DNA from: an uncultured Candidatus Saccharibacteria bacterium
GTDB lineage: Bacteria > Patescibacteriota > Minisyncoccia > Phycocordibacterales > CSBR16-119
Assembly (NCBI GenBank): GCA_964426385.1
Contig: CAYRQF010000004.1
Location: 12,573 to 76,572 of the forward strand
Direction: 5' to 3'
DNA: 64,000 nt
Shown: positions 34,963-43,307 of the stretch, in pieces
Position numbering within the stretch: the first letter of the stretch is position 1
Layout of the letters: the number at the start of each line of letters is the position of its first letter
Notes under the pieces: generated by a model
What the model was told of the DNA's origin: nothing
What the model saw: the letters and a program-made list of their open reading frames with translations, nothing else
The model's database searches: none
Position numbers and translations under genes: made by a program

Positions 34963-36588
34963 ATGCAAAACAAAAAACTTTTCAAAATTCTAGGACTCAT
35001 CGCACTTTTTCTCCTCATTATTTTCTCATGGGTGGTTATACGCGATGCCCAAAGGAAAAAGATTCTTAACACTCCGACACCGACAGGACTCGAGAATCCT
35101 TTTGGTGTGAGTCCTGACGGAGAAGGGTTTCCTCGAAGCGGGGAGGACGATGTCGACATCGGTACTCCCGATGAGACACCAGTAACAGGGGGGACTACAG
35201 GGACTAGCGTCATAGTTGTCGAGGATAATCCGGCCCTCAAACAACTATATACGAAACCCGTCGCGGGATTCACTTTCTGGAACGAAGAGCGAGAGCTACC
35301 AGAGGAACTCTCGACGACACCATCCGCATCGGTTGTCGAGGTTTATGATTTCTCAGGCTACAAAACAGTACGATTCGGCGACAAAGCTGACGAGATAGTG
35401 ACTATCAAGACTGTATTAAATAGGCAGACTCCAAGCCCGGGTCTCATCATCGACAGCAATTACGACACAGACATGAAGAACGCCGTCGTAGATTTCCAGA
35501 ACAGAAATGGTCTCGGAGGAGATGGTGTAATTGGGCCAAAGACTTATGCCAAATTCAATAGTTTTCAGGGTATCACCACGTTCTCTTCTGTAAAGAAGCC
35601 GATAAACACAGAGACGGTACCGATGGTTCGCTTCGTTGATGCCGGATCGGGCATCATGTCTGATCAAGCAATTCGAAAAGCAGAAGAGGTGCGCAAGATT
35701 ACTACGGTGTCGGTTCCCAGGGTAGCTGAAGCATTCTTTGATAATACAAAAAATAACGTTGTGATGAGATATGTCAAAGATAATGTCATCCAGACTTATG
35801 TAGCCAAACTTACTTTTGCCAAGATTGACCCCAACCTCACCTGGGCTGAGAAGGAGGCCATAACCAAGATTGCCGAGGTTACGGGCGAGTTTCTACCAGA
35901 GAACATCGACACTGTCGCGATGTCTCGCGACAAAAAGAGTTTGTTTTACATGACGCGAGTCGGTAGTGGTTCAGCCGGGCTCGTATATAACTTTTCGAGT
36001 AAGACCAAGAAGCAGGTATTCGACTCACCACTTCGAGAGTGGCTCATCGACTGGGGTAATGATATAAAAGTAAATCTCACAACAAAGGCTTCAGGTCAGG
36101 CTCTCGGGTATTCGTTTGTTCTCGACACGAAGACGGGTTCTTTCTCTAAGACTCTCGGAGGGGCAAACGGGCTCACGACTCTAATGAGTCCAGATGGTAA
36201 GAAGGTTCTGTACGCTGAAGCAACTGGAGGAAGCCTTTCTACATATGTCACCGAGCTCAGTACTGGCAAGAAAACTTCCATATCTCCATCTGCCATGCCA
36301 GAGAAGTGTGTTTGGACACGAGACTCAAAAGCCATATACTGTGCCGCCCCGATCAAGAGCGTATCGTTTGCCTATCCCGACGATTGGTATAAGGGAAAGG
36401 TAAGCTTCAGTGATGCACTGTGGATGATCGACGCTACAGACTATGTCGGTAACATAGAGTATGATTTCAAATCAAAAAACGGCGTTGATGTGGACGCCAT
36501 GAATCTCCAGCTCCGGGATGAGGAGGACTACATAGGCTTCATCAACAAGAAAGATGGAAGTCTCTGGGGACTAGATTTATCGAGATAG
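34963..36588 (+). CDS. exported protein with peptidoglycan-binding (PG_binding_1-like) motif and TolB-like beta-propeller region
   Basis: N-terminal TM. NYDTDMKNAVVDFQNRNGLGGDGVIGPKTYAKF matches the PG-binding helical-bundle motif. C-terminal repeats such as SPDGKKVLYAEATGGSLSTYV resemble TolB/WD40-like blades. Confidence 0.5.
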   Translation: MQNKKLFKILGLIALFLLIIFSWVVIRDAQRKKILNTPTPTGLENPFGVSPDGEGFPRSGEDDVDIGTPDETPVTGGTTGTSVIVVEDNPALKQLYTKPVAGFTFWNEERELPEELSTTPSASVVEVYDFSGYKTVRFGDKADEIVTIKTVLNRQTPSPGLIIDSNYDTDMKNAVVDFQNRNGLGGDGVIGPKTYAKFNSFQGITTFSSVKKPINTETVPMVRFVDAGSGIMSDQAIRKAEEVRKITTVSVPRVAEAFFDNTKNNVVMRYVKDNVIQTYVAKLTFAKIDPNLTWAEKEAITKIAEVTGEFLPENIDTVAMSRDKKSLFYMTRVGSGSAGLVYNFSSKTKKQVFDSPLREWLIDWGNDIKVNLTTKASGQALGYSFVLDTKTGSFSKTLGGANGLTTLMSPDGKKVLYAEATGGSLSTYVTELSTGKKTSISPSAMPEKCVWTRDSKAIYCAAPIKSVSFAYPDDWYKGKVSFSDALWMIDATDYVGNIEYDFKSKNGVDVDAMNLQLRDEEDYIGFINKKDGSLWGLDLSR

Positions 36589-36613
36589 ATTTAAGATTTA
36601 GGAAGTAGGATTT

Positions 36614-36648
36614 AAGAAGAAACCCGCCATTGGCGGGTTTCTTCTTCT
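36614..36648. terminator. bidirectional Rho-independent terminator between convergent genes
   Basis: gaaacccgccattggcgggtttcttcttc, flanked by gatttaag/cttaaatc repeat arms. Confidence 0.7.
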
Positions 36649-36670
36649 CTTAAATCTTAAATCCTAATTC

Positions 36671-37261
36671 TTACTTCTTAGTTACAGGCTTGATCATTAT
36701 CTTGTCTACGATTCCGTATTTCTTGGATTCTTCGGCATCCATCCAGAAGTCACGGTCTACGTCTTTGGCCACCTTCTCTTCTTTTTGGCCAGTTGCTACT
36801 GAGAGCATCTTTATCATCTTGTTCTTAATCTTGATGATATTCTCTGCTGTGATGAGGATATCTGACGCTTGACCTGATACTCCACCGAGAGGTTGATGGA
36901 TTAACACTTCGGCATTCGGGAGGATGAACCTTTTGCCCTTCTGACCCTGGGAAAGTATCCAGGCTCCCATCGAGGCGGCGACACCGACACAGATGGTGCT
37001 GACCTCAGGTTTGATGTGGTTCATCGTGTCTACGATAGCCATACCTGCGGAAACAGATCCACCGGGGGAGTTGATGTATAGGCTTATTTCTTTCTTCGGG
37101 TCCTCTGACTCGAGGAATAGCATCTGGGCGACAATCGTATTCGCCATCTGATCATTCACCTCGCCAGTCAGGAATATGATGCGCTCGCGTAGGAGTCTCG
37201 AGTAGATGTCGTATGCCCGTTCTCCGAAAGGGGACTTCTCGATCACTGTTGGGATTAGCAT
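36671..37261 (-). CDS. clpP: ATP-dependent Clp protease proteolytic subunit
   Basis: Catalytic-triad context [14 protein letters not shown]...AASMGAWIL...HQPLGG, and the classic position downstream of tig. Confidence 0.95.
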   Translation of the reverse strand: MLIPTVIEKSPFGERAYDIYSRLLRERIIFLTGEVNDQMANTIVAQMLFLESEDPKKEISLYINSPGGSVSAGMAIVDTMNHIKPEVSTICVGVAASMGAWILSQGQKGKRFILPNAEVLIHQPLGGVSGQASDILITAENIIKIKNKMIKMLSVATGQKEEKVAKDVDRDFWMDAEESKKYGIVDKIMIKPVTKK

Positions 37262-37298
37262 ATTGTTCTATGTTAGCTTGTAATAAGATGATTTTACA

Positions 37299-38318
37299 CT
37301 ATTTCAGCGCTTCTAGGAATTTGAAGACCTCTTCGTTCTGTAGCACTGATTCGATATACATACGAGCATTCATCGGGTCCGCATCGGGGTATGTTTCAAC
37401 TACTTTCTTCACCTCAGCGTCGACAATAGATTTGTCAGCATGTATATTCTCAGCTTTGGCGATTTCTCCAACGACGAGTTGGAGTTTGGCGCGCTTCTCG
37501 GCATCTTTCTGCCATTCCTTTTGTAGCTCCTCCTCAGTCTTGTTTAGGTTTTTGAGGTAGTCGTCGTATTTCAGCCCCATACCTTCGATATCAGACTTCA
37601 TCTTGTGGGTCATCTTATGGAGTTCAGTGTCAATGAGAACTTCAGGAACATCGATGTCAGTCTTCTCGATGATTCCCTCGATAATCTGGAGACGTCGCTT
37701 GTCCTTTTCCTTCGCCTCTTTCTCATCCTGCATGTTGTTACGAATCTTTTTCTTGAAGTCTTCTAGGTTGTCGAAGCCGCCGAGGGATTTTACATACTCG
37801 TCATCAAGGTCGAGTAGGGCAGTATCAGGTGTGATCTCGACACCTTTCTGTTCAGACTTTGTGCGCATGATTCTGGCCTGCTTCATGACTGCTTCAAATT
37901 CGGCGTCTGTAACCTCCGTTGAGAAATCTTTCTTGTTAACTTCCTTGGTGATGCTCTTGTAGTCAGGGAGCTTCATCTCTGGCAATGTCGCAACGATTAT
38001 CGTATAACCGAGCGGGTTACCTGGGGCAAGTTTTGTGATACTTATCTTTGGGTAACCGATAGCATCGATATTGTTATCAGATAGAATTTTTGGGAAATGT
38101 TTCGCTAGGGCGAGTTGCGCCATCTCTTCGAGGATTACGATATCGCCGAGTTTCTGGATGAGCATCGCCTCTGGGGCATGACCCTTGCGGAAACCGTCAA
38201 TGTCGATATTCTCACCGAGCTTTTTTATCGCTCGCGGACGGAACTTTTCGAATTCCGCAGTTTCTATTTCTCCCTTTATTTCAACAAGGGATTTTGGCAG
38301 TTTATTTATTTCTGGCAT
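37299..38318 (-). CDS. tig: trigger factor (reduced form, apparently lacking the central PPIase domain)
   Basis: N-terminal ribosome-binding signature GFRKGHAPE. The tig-clpP synteny is canonical. It is 339 aa against the ~430 aa typical of bacteria. Confidence 0.75.
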   Translation of the reverse strand: MPEINKLPKSLVEIKGEIETAEFEKFRPRAIKKLGENIDIDGFRKGHAPEAMLIQKLGDIVILEEMAQLALAKHFPKILSDNNIDAIGYPKISITKLAPGNPLGYTIIVATLPEMKLPDYKSITKEVNKKDFSTEVTDAEFEAVMKQARIMRTKSEQKGVEITPDTALLDLDDEYVKSLGGFDNLEDFKKKIRNNMQDEKEAKEKDKRRLQIIEGIIEKTDIDVPEVLIDTELHKMTHKMKSDIEGMGLKYDDYLKNLNKTEEELQKEWQKDAEKRAKLQLVVGEIAKAENIHADKSIVDAEVKKVVETYPDADPMNARMYIESVLQNEEVFKFLEALK

Positions 38319-38323
38319 GTTAA

Positions 38324-38908
38324 TTAAGAGAGTTTCGGCGCGTAATCTTTTTGGTAACGCTCAGCACACTCCTTTATTACTTTAATAGCTTCTTCCGGAC
38401 CGTGAAATGTCTCCACAACTCCAGTACCTGGCTTCTTCATTGCCTTGTAATTTTCCCAATAATATTTTGTTTCTTTCTCCCAGTATTCTCCTAGGTCTTT
38501 ATAGCTTTGAATGTGGTCAGAACGTTTGTCGTCGTTTAAAACTGCGATAATTTTGTCATCAACCTCGCCACCATCGATGAACTTCATCACTCCGATTACT
38601 CGTATCTCAACCAATGATCCAGGAACAAGAGGCTCGGTAATGTTTACAATCTCAACGTCTAGCGGGTCGCCGTCAAAATCCCACGTTGCTGGAATCGCAC
38701 CATACGTGAAAGGGTAGGCGAGAGAAGAGTATCCGACACGATCAAGTTTAAGCTGACCGCTTTCTGTGATAATTTCATATTTGTTGATGCTTCCAGCAGA
38801 AACTTCAACAATCGTATTTGCAATTCCTTTTGCCTCGTCTGCAAATGGTGGTAGAACATGAAGAAGGTTAAGCATGTATTTAGATGGTTTGTGGTCTATG
38901 TTTGCCAT
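38324..38908 (-). CDS. ppa: inorganic pyrophosphatase (family I)
   Basis: DGDPLDV motif and the surrounding conserved Asp/Glu/Lys residues typical of family I PPases. Confidence 0.9.
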   Translation of the reverse strand: MANIDHKPSKYMLNLLHVLPPFADEAKGIANTIVEVSAGSINKYEIITESGQLKLDRVGYSSLAYPFTYGAIPATWDFDGDPLDVEIVNITEPLVPGSLVEIRVIGVMKFIDGGEVDDKIIAVLNDDKRSDHIQSYKDLGEYWEKETKYYWENYKAMKKPGTGVVETFHGPEEAIKVIKECAERYQKDYAPKLS

Positions 38909-38930
38909 ATTTATATAATTAAATTAATAA

Positions 38931-40187
38931 TTATGCTTCTTTGTTTTCTTCAGGAGTGTCGGATTCTGGAGTGGCTGTAACTTCTTCAGCTACCTCCTCA
39001 GTCTTTTCTTCAACCACTGGTGCTGGCTTCTCAGTACCTTTGATATCGATGCGATATCCAGTGAGCTTGGCTGCGAGACGCACGTTCTGTCCGCCCTTGC
39101 CGATGGCGAGTGATAACTGGTCATCTGCGACTTCGATCGAGGCGATTTTCTCTTCTTCTTTGAGTTCGATACCAGTGATTTTCGCCGGAGATAGGGAAGA
39201 TGCGACAAATTCCTGAGGATTCTCGCTCCATTCTATGATGTCTATTTTCTCTCCGCCGAGCTCGTTCATAACTGTGGTGACACGCACACCCTTCTGTCCT
39301 ACACATGCTCCAATAGGGTCGATATTGTTGTCGTTTGAGAATACGGCAATCTTTGATCGGCTACCAGCTTCGCGGGCGATAGACTTGATCTCGACGACAC
39401 CGTTCGCTATTTCAGGTGATTCGATGGCAAATAGAGCTTCTAGGAATCGTGGGTGTGATCTCGATAGTTCTAGATTTACACCACGGTTCGTGTCTTCGAC
39501 AGCGACAAGGTATGCTCGGATACGCTGACCCTGCATGAATCTCTCGCCAAATATCTGTTCATCTCGTCCGAGAACGCCAGTCGCTCGATTGAAGTCGACG
39601 TAGACTACTCCGCGTTCGATTTTCGATACCATACCTGAAACTATTTCACCTTCTTTGTCTCCATACTCCTCCATAACAGCACCTCGTTCTGCTTCTCGGA
39701 TGCGCTGGATGATGACCTGCTTGGCAGTTTGGGCAGCGATGCGACCGAAATCCTCCTTCATATCGAGAGGGAAGACGATCTCTTCGCCGAGGGCTGCATC
39801 TTTCTTGATTTTCTTCGCATCTTCTATGAGCATGTGCTTCTCAGGGTTAAAAACTGCTCGTTCGTCTTCGCCCGGCGCGCTCTCAGTTTCTATGGGACCC
39901 TTGTTTCTAGAATCTCGGCGATCATCAGGGTCGACAAAGTCATGTTCCTCGCCTTCTGCGAGGAAACGTACAGTAGATTCGTCAACTACTATCTTTACCT
40001 GGTAGAAATCCATACTTCCGGTGTCTAGGTCTAGGTTTACGCGGATGATTTGGCCTTTCTTGCCGTAGTCTTTCTTATAAGCGGCAGCCAAAGATTGCTC
40101 GATAGCATCGATTATCTTGTCTCGAGGAATCTTGCGTTCTTCTTCGAGCTGTAGGAGGGCGGATTTTAATGTCTTTAGATCTAACAT
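38931..40187 (-). CDS. nusA: transcription termination/antitermination factor NusA
   Basis: N-terminal domain, S1 domain and two KH domains ([48 protein letters not shown]), with an acidic C-terminus. Confidence 0.9.
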   Translation of the reverse strand: MLDLKTLKSALLQLEEERKIPRDKIIDAIEQSLAAAYKKDYGKKGQIIRVNLDLDTGSMDFYQVKIVVDESTVRFLAEGEEHDFVDPDDRRDSRNKGPIETESAPGEDERAVFNPEKHMLIEDAKKIKKDAALGEEIVFPLDMKEDFGRIAAQTAKQVIIQRIREAERGAVMEEYGDKEGEIVSGMVSKIERGVVYVDFNRATGVLGRDEQIFGERFMQGQRIRAYLVAVEDTNRGVNLELSRSHPRFLEALFAIESPEIANGVVEIKSIAREAGSRSKIAVFSNDNNIDPIGACVGQKGVRVTTVMNELGGEKIDIIEWSENPQEFVASSLSPAKITGIELKEEEKIASIEVADDQLSLAIGKGGQNVRLAAKLTGYRIDIKGTEKPAPVVEEKTEEVAEEVTATPESDTPEENKEA

Positions 40188-40473
40188 ATTTAATTTTCTT
40201 ATATTTTTCCTCGCACGACGTCGAGGGTTTTTAACAAAAAAGTCCGGGGGAATCCCAGGACAATCACAAACATATATTAGTATTTCCGGCTCATTTTGTC
40301 AAAGTGTACACCTAGGCCTCCGTTTAGATGGGTAAGTATCGGCAACACATTTTTAAAACAGTGGAAAGTTTGTTGTGCCGGTTTATCCACAACAACGTGA
40401 GCATCTAGACGTAATGTCTAGAGCGAGGTGTTATTATGTTGGTATAAATTAAAAGTAAATTTCTTCTTATATT

Positions 40474-40767
40474 ATGAATCCTCAAAATGCGCAAAAGGTT
40501 AATTGGTGGTTCTACATCATCTTGTTCGTCATTGTCGCCATAGTTATCGTTCTCATCGTAGACAAGCGTCGCCAGACCACTAGCGGTATTCCTCAGTCAA
40601 AATATGACAAAGTCATAGCAGAGTTGCGCAAGCAGTCCGGTGACAGCACTGTAGTATCTCCAGAAGAGCAAGCCAGAGTCATGGCAGAGCTTCGCTCTGA
40701 CTCACAAGCAAAATCAGTATCGGCAGAAGACCAGGCTAAAGTATTAAATGAATTAAGGGCTAATTAG
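40474..40767 (+). CDS. small single-pass membrane protein
   Basis: TM WWFYIILFVIVAIVIVLIV, then repeated AELR(K/S) motifs. Confidence 0.5.
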   Translation: MNPQNAQKVNWWFYIILFVIVAIVIVLIVDKRRQTTSGIPQSKYDKVIAELRKQSGDSTVVSPEEQARVMAELRSDSQAKSVSAEDQAKVLNELRAN

Positions 40768-40783
40768 TTAGAAACCGTAGACC

Positions 40784-43138
40784 ATGACTTTATTGAAAAC
40801 AAAAGCAAAAATTTTAGTATTAATTTCGCTCGTTTTCATATCTGTTTTTACCATAATCCGTTCTACCGGCACCGCAGAGGCGCAAAATGTTGCCCTAGAA
40901 CCTGGAGACGTTAGCGGTTTCGCCTGGATGGGTCAGAATATAGTAGATGGCGTCGCGACTCCTCAGGGGGGCGGAGGCTGGCTGGCACTCAATTGTAAGC
41001 CGACCGACTGTGACAGTGGTGCATGGGGTGTCAAAATGAATCTTGAGGAAGGTCCAAACAAGGGTAAGTTCACCGGCCAAGCTTGGAGTTCAAATTACGG
41101 TTGGTTGTCGTTTGATGAGAGTGATGTAGCGTCGTGTATCGGCCATACGCCTGGGGTTAGTCCAAATTCAGTAAAGGCGGATATCATCAGTGGGGTAGAT
41201 GAGGCTCCGATGAGAGGCTGGGCCAAGTTCGTTGCCGGTGATGCGCAGACTGACGGATGGGATGGCTGTGTCGCATTTGATGGGTCTCCATTTATAAGGA
41301 CATTTGTAGACATGAACAACGGCTTTATCCACGGCTGGGCTTGGGGTGGTAGTGTTGTTGGATGGATAAGCTTTAATAATCCTGAGTGTCAGTATTGCAA
41401 TACAGCCGTTGTTCTATCAGCTGCCCCCCAAATAACTTTCTGGGCAACCCCGGCCTCTATAAATACCGGCGGAAGTTCTACATTAAATTGGACGAGTACA
41501 GTAATTAGCGGAAACTATGTTGCATCATGCGAAGAGTATGGTAATACAAGCAACTACAGCCATTGGACAAGCACGGGAATGCCGACCGCTGCCAACGTGG
41601 GAGATATCAGTGTAGCTGACGGCAATCTACCCGCAGGATCACATCCGATAAACAATATTAGTGCCACGACTACATATAGTATCAAGTGTAAAGATAAATA
41701 CGGCGCTATTTTACCAGAGAGGTTTGCAACAGTTACTGTAAATCCTTCGGCAACAACTCTAGATCTTACTGTTTCGAGCCCTACCCTTCAGATCGGTAGT
41801 GGAAACTATGATGAAATACTGAAGTGGACATCCAATAATCCGACTGCATTACATTCTTGTGTAGGTCAGTTCTACAGAGCTTCGAACTTTACCCCAGCAA
41901 TGTCACAGAACCTAACTGGATGGACAGGAATCGCTCTTCCTTCACCAGTTCAAAATAATTACACCGCCGTTAGAGACGCCGCCGTTGGGCCGAACCAGTT
42001 CGCCACAAAAGCCGCAGGAGTATTCAGCGCTGCACCCAACATCAGGTTCATATTCAGTATTAGTTGCCAAGATTCTTCTAATGGAGATGCTTTAGTTTAT
42101 GATTCTGCTCAGGTTCAAATGATCGGTGGTACAACGTGTACTGATCCGGCTGCTGCAAATAATGGTGGACCACTCCCATGTATGTATCGAGCGTGTACTG
42201 ACCCTCTGGCAAACAATGACGTCGCTCCCGGACCTACGATTATCTCGGACAATACACTGTGTACGTATGATAGCAATCCTGGTTCTCCGAGAATATCCCT
42301 TAGTGTCGATCCTCAAATCTTCTATACTAACGCCACAGACTTCGATGTGAACCTCTCGTGGACAGCGACAGCTCCTGTAAACAACTGTGTCGGATCGTTC
42401 ACTATTGAAGACGGCAGTCCTGCCTGGGATAGTCTGCCGGGTTGGACATCTGGAATTACTGGCGGTAACGGCACGCTCCCTGAGCCTAACCTGACAGTTG
42501 CTAGCTGGACTCAGCAGAATGTCGCCTTCAACAACCTTTTGTCTAATGAAGCTGACATTCCGATGACCTACACGTTCCGTCTAGAGTGTGAAGATCCTGG
42601 AGGAGGTCCTGACCCTGCCGATACGGCATCTGTGACACTATTGCCTTGGACACCTATATATGAGCCACCACAAGTCAATCTCTTCATCCAGTCGCCAAAT
42701 GTTGATCCAGTGCCAAGTATTCAAGATACACAGGATCCTCAAGGGTTCAAGAAAGAGATAATCTCAAGTACGGTTGGATACCCTGCGGTGGTACTTAGAT
42801 GGCAAGATTTGAACACTAGCGTCTGTTCTGCATCCTCCGCAATGTATGATGATGCGACGGGTACGAATATAATAGGCTCAAATGCTGACTGGAACGGACA
42901 AATTGCACAAGACTTTGATCCAACCAATAACACAGCCACTCTCGATATCACTGCTCCGGCAGTCTTGCATCCGACTAAGTTCATCATTACCTGTATTCCT
43001 GATGATCCAGCATATCAACCGCCTAACGTTCCATCGCTTCCTACGGCTTGGGTTTGTGTAGGACTCTCTGGTAAGCCATTCCCCGCATGTTCTGTTACGG
43101 GTAGTGGAGGAGGAACTCCGACATACATCGAGATTTAG
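40784..43138 (+). CDS. large secreted Cys/Trp/Gly-rich hypothetical protein (784 aa)
   Basis: Signal peptide. Repeated motifs of the form G(F/Y)AW...GW(L/I)SF (GFAWMGQNIVDG, AWSSNYGWLSFD, GWAWGGSVVGWISFN). Many Cys residues. Confidence 0.6.
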   Translation: MTLLKTKAKILVLISLVFISVFTIIRSTGTAEAQNVALEPGDVSGFAWMGQNIVDGVATPQGGGGWLALNCKPTDCDSGAWGVKMNLEEGPNKGKFTGQAWSSNYGWLSFDESDVASCIGHTPGVSPNSVKADIISGVDEAPMRGWAKFVAGDAQTDGWDGCVAFDGSPFIRTFVDMNNGFIHGWAWGGSVVGWISFNNPECQYCNTAVVLSAAPQITFWATPASINTGGSSTLNWTSTVISGNYVASCEEYGNTSNYSHWTSTGMPTAANVGDISVADGNLPAGSHPINNISATTTYSIKCKDKYGAILPERFATVTVNPSATTLDLTVSSPTLQIGSGNYDEILKWTSNNPTALHSCVGQFYRASNFTPAMSQNLTGWTGIALPSPVQNNYTAVRDAAVGPNQFATKAAGVFSAAPNIRFIFSISCQDSSNGDALVYDSAQVQMIGGTTCTDPAAANNGGPLPCMYRACTDPLANNDVAPGPTIISDNTLCTYDSNPGSPRISLSVDPQIFYTNATDFDVNLSWTATAPVNNCVGSFTIEDGSPAWDSLPGWTSGITGGNGTLPEPNLTVASWTQQNVAFNNLLSNEADIPMTYTFRLECEDPGGGPDPADTASVTLLPWTPIYEPPQVNLFIQSPNVDPVPSIQDTQDPQGFKKEIISSTVGYPAVVLRWQDLNTSVCSASSAMYDDATGTNIIGSNADWNGQIAQDFDPTNNTATLDITAPAVLHPTKFIITCIPDDPAYQPPNVPSLPTAWVCVGLSGKPFPACSVTGSGGGTPTYIEI

Positions 43139-43147
43139 TGAAAAAAT

Positions 43148-43184
43148 AAACAAAACGCTCGGAATCATCCGAGTGTTTTGTTTT
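43148..43184 (+). terminator. Rho-independent terminator
   Basis: aaacaaaacgctcggaatcatccgagtgttttgtttt. Confidence 0.6.
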
Positions 43185-43307
43185 GACCAGAGGGTTTTCC
43201 ACATTGAGAATAGTAACTGTCAATTTATCCGTAAGGTAGGTGGTATCATATAAGGAGCAACAAATTATATTTTTATTATTTTATTAATTGTTTTTATTTT
43301 ATAAATT

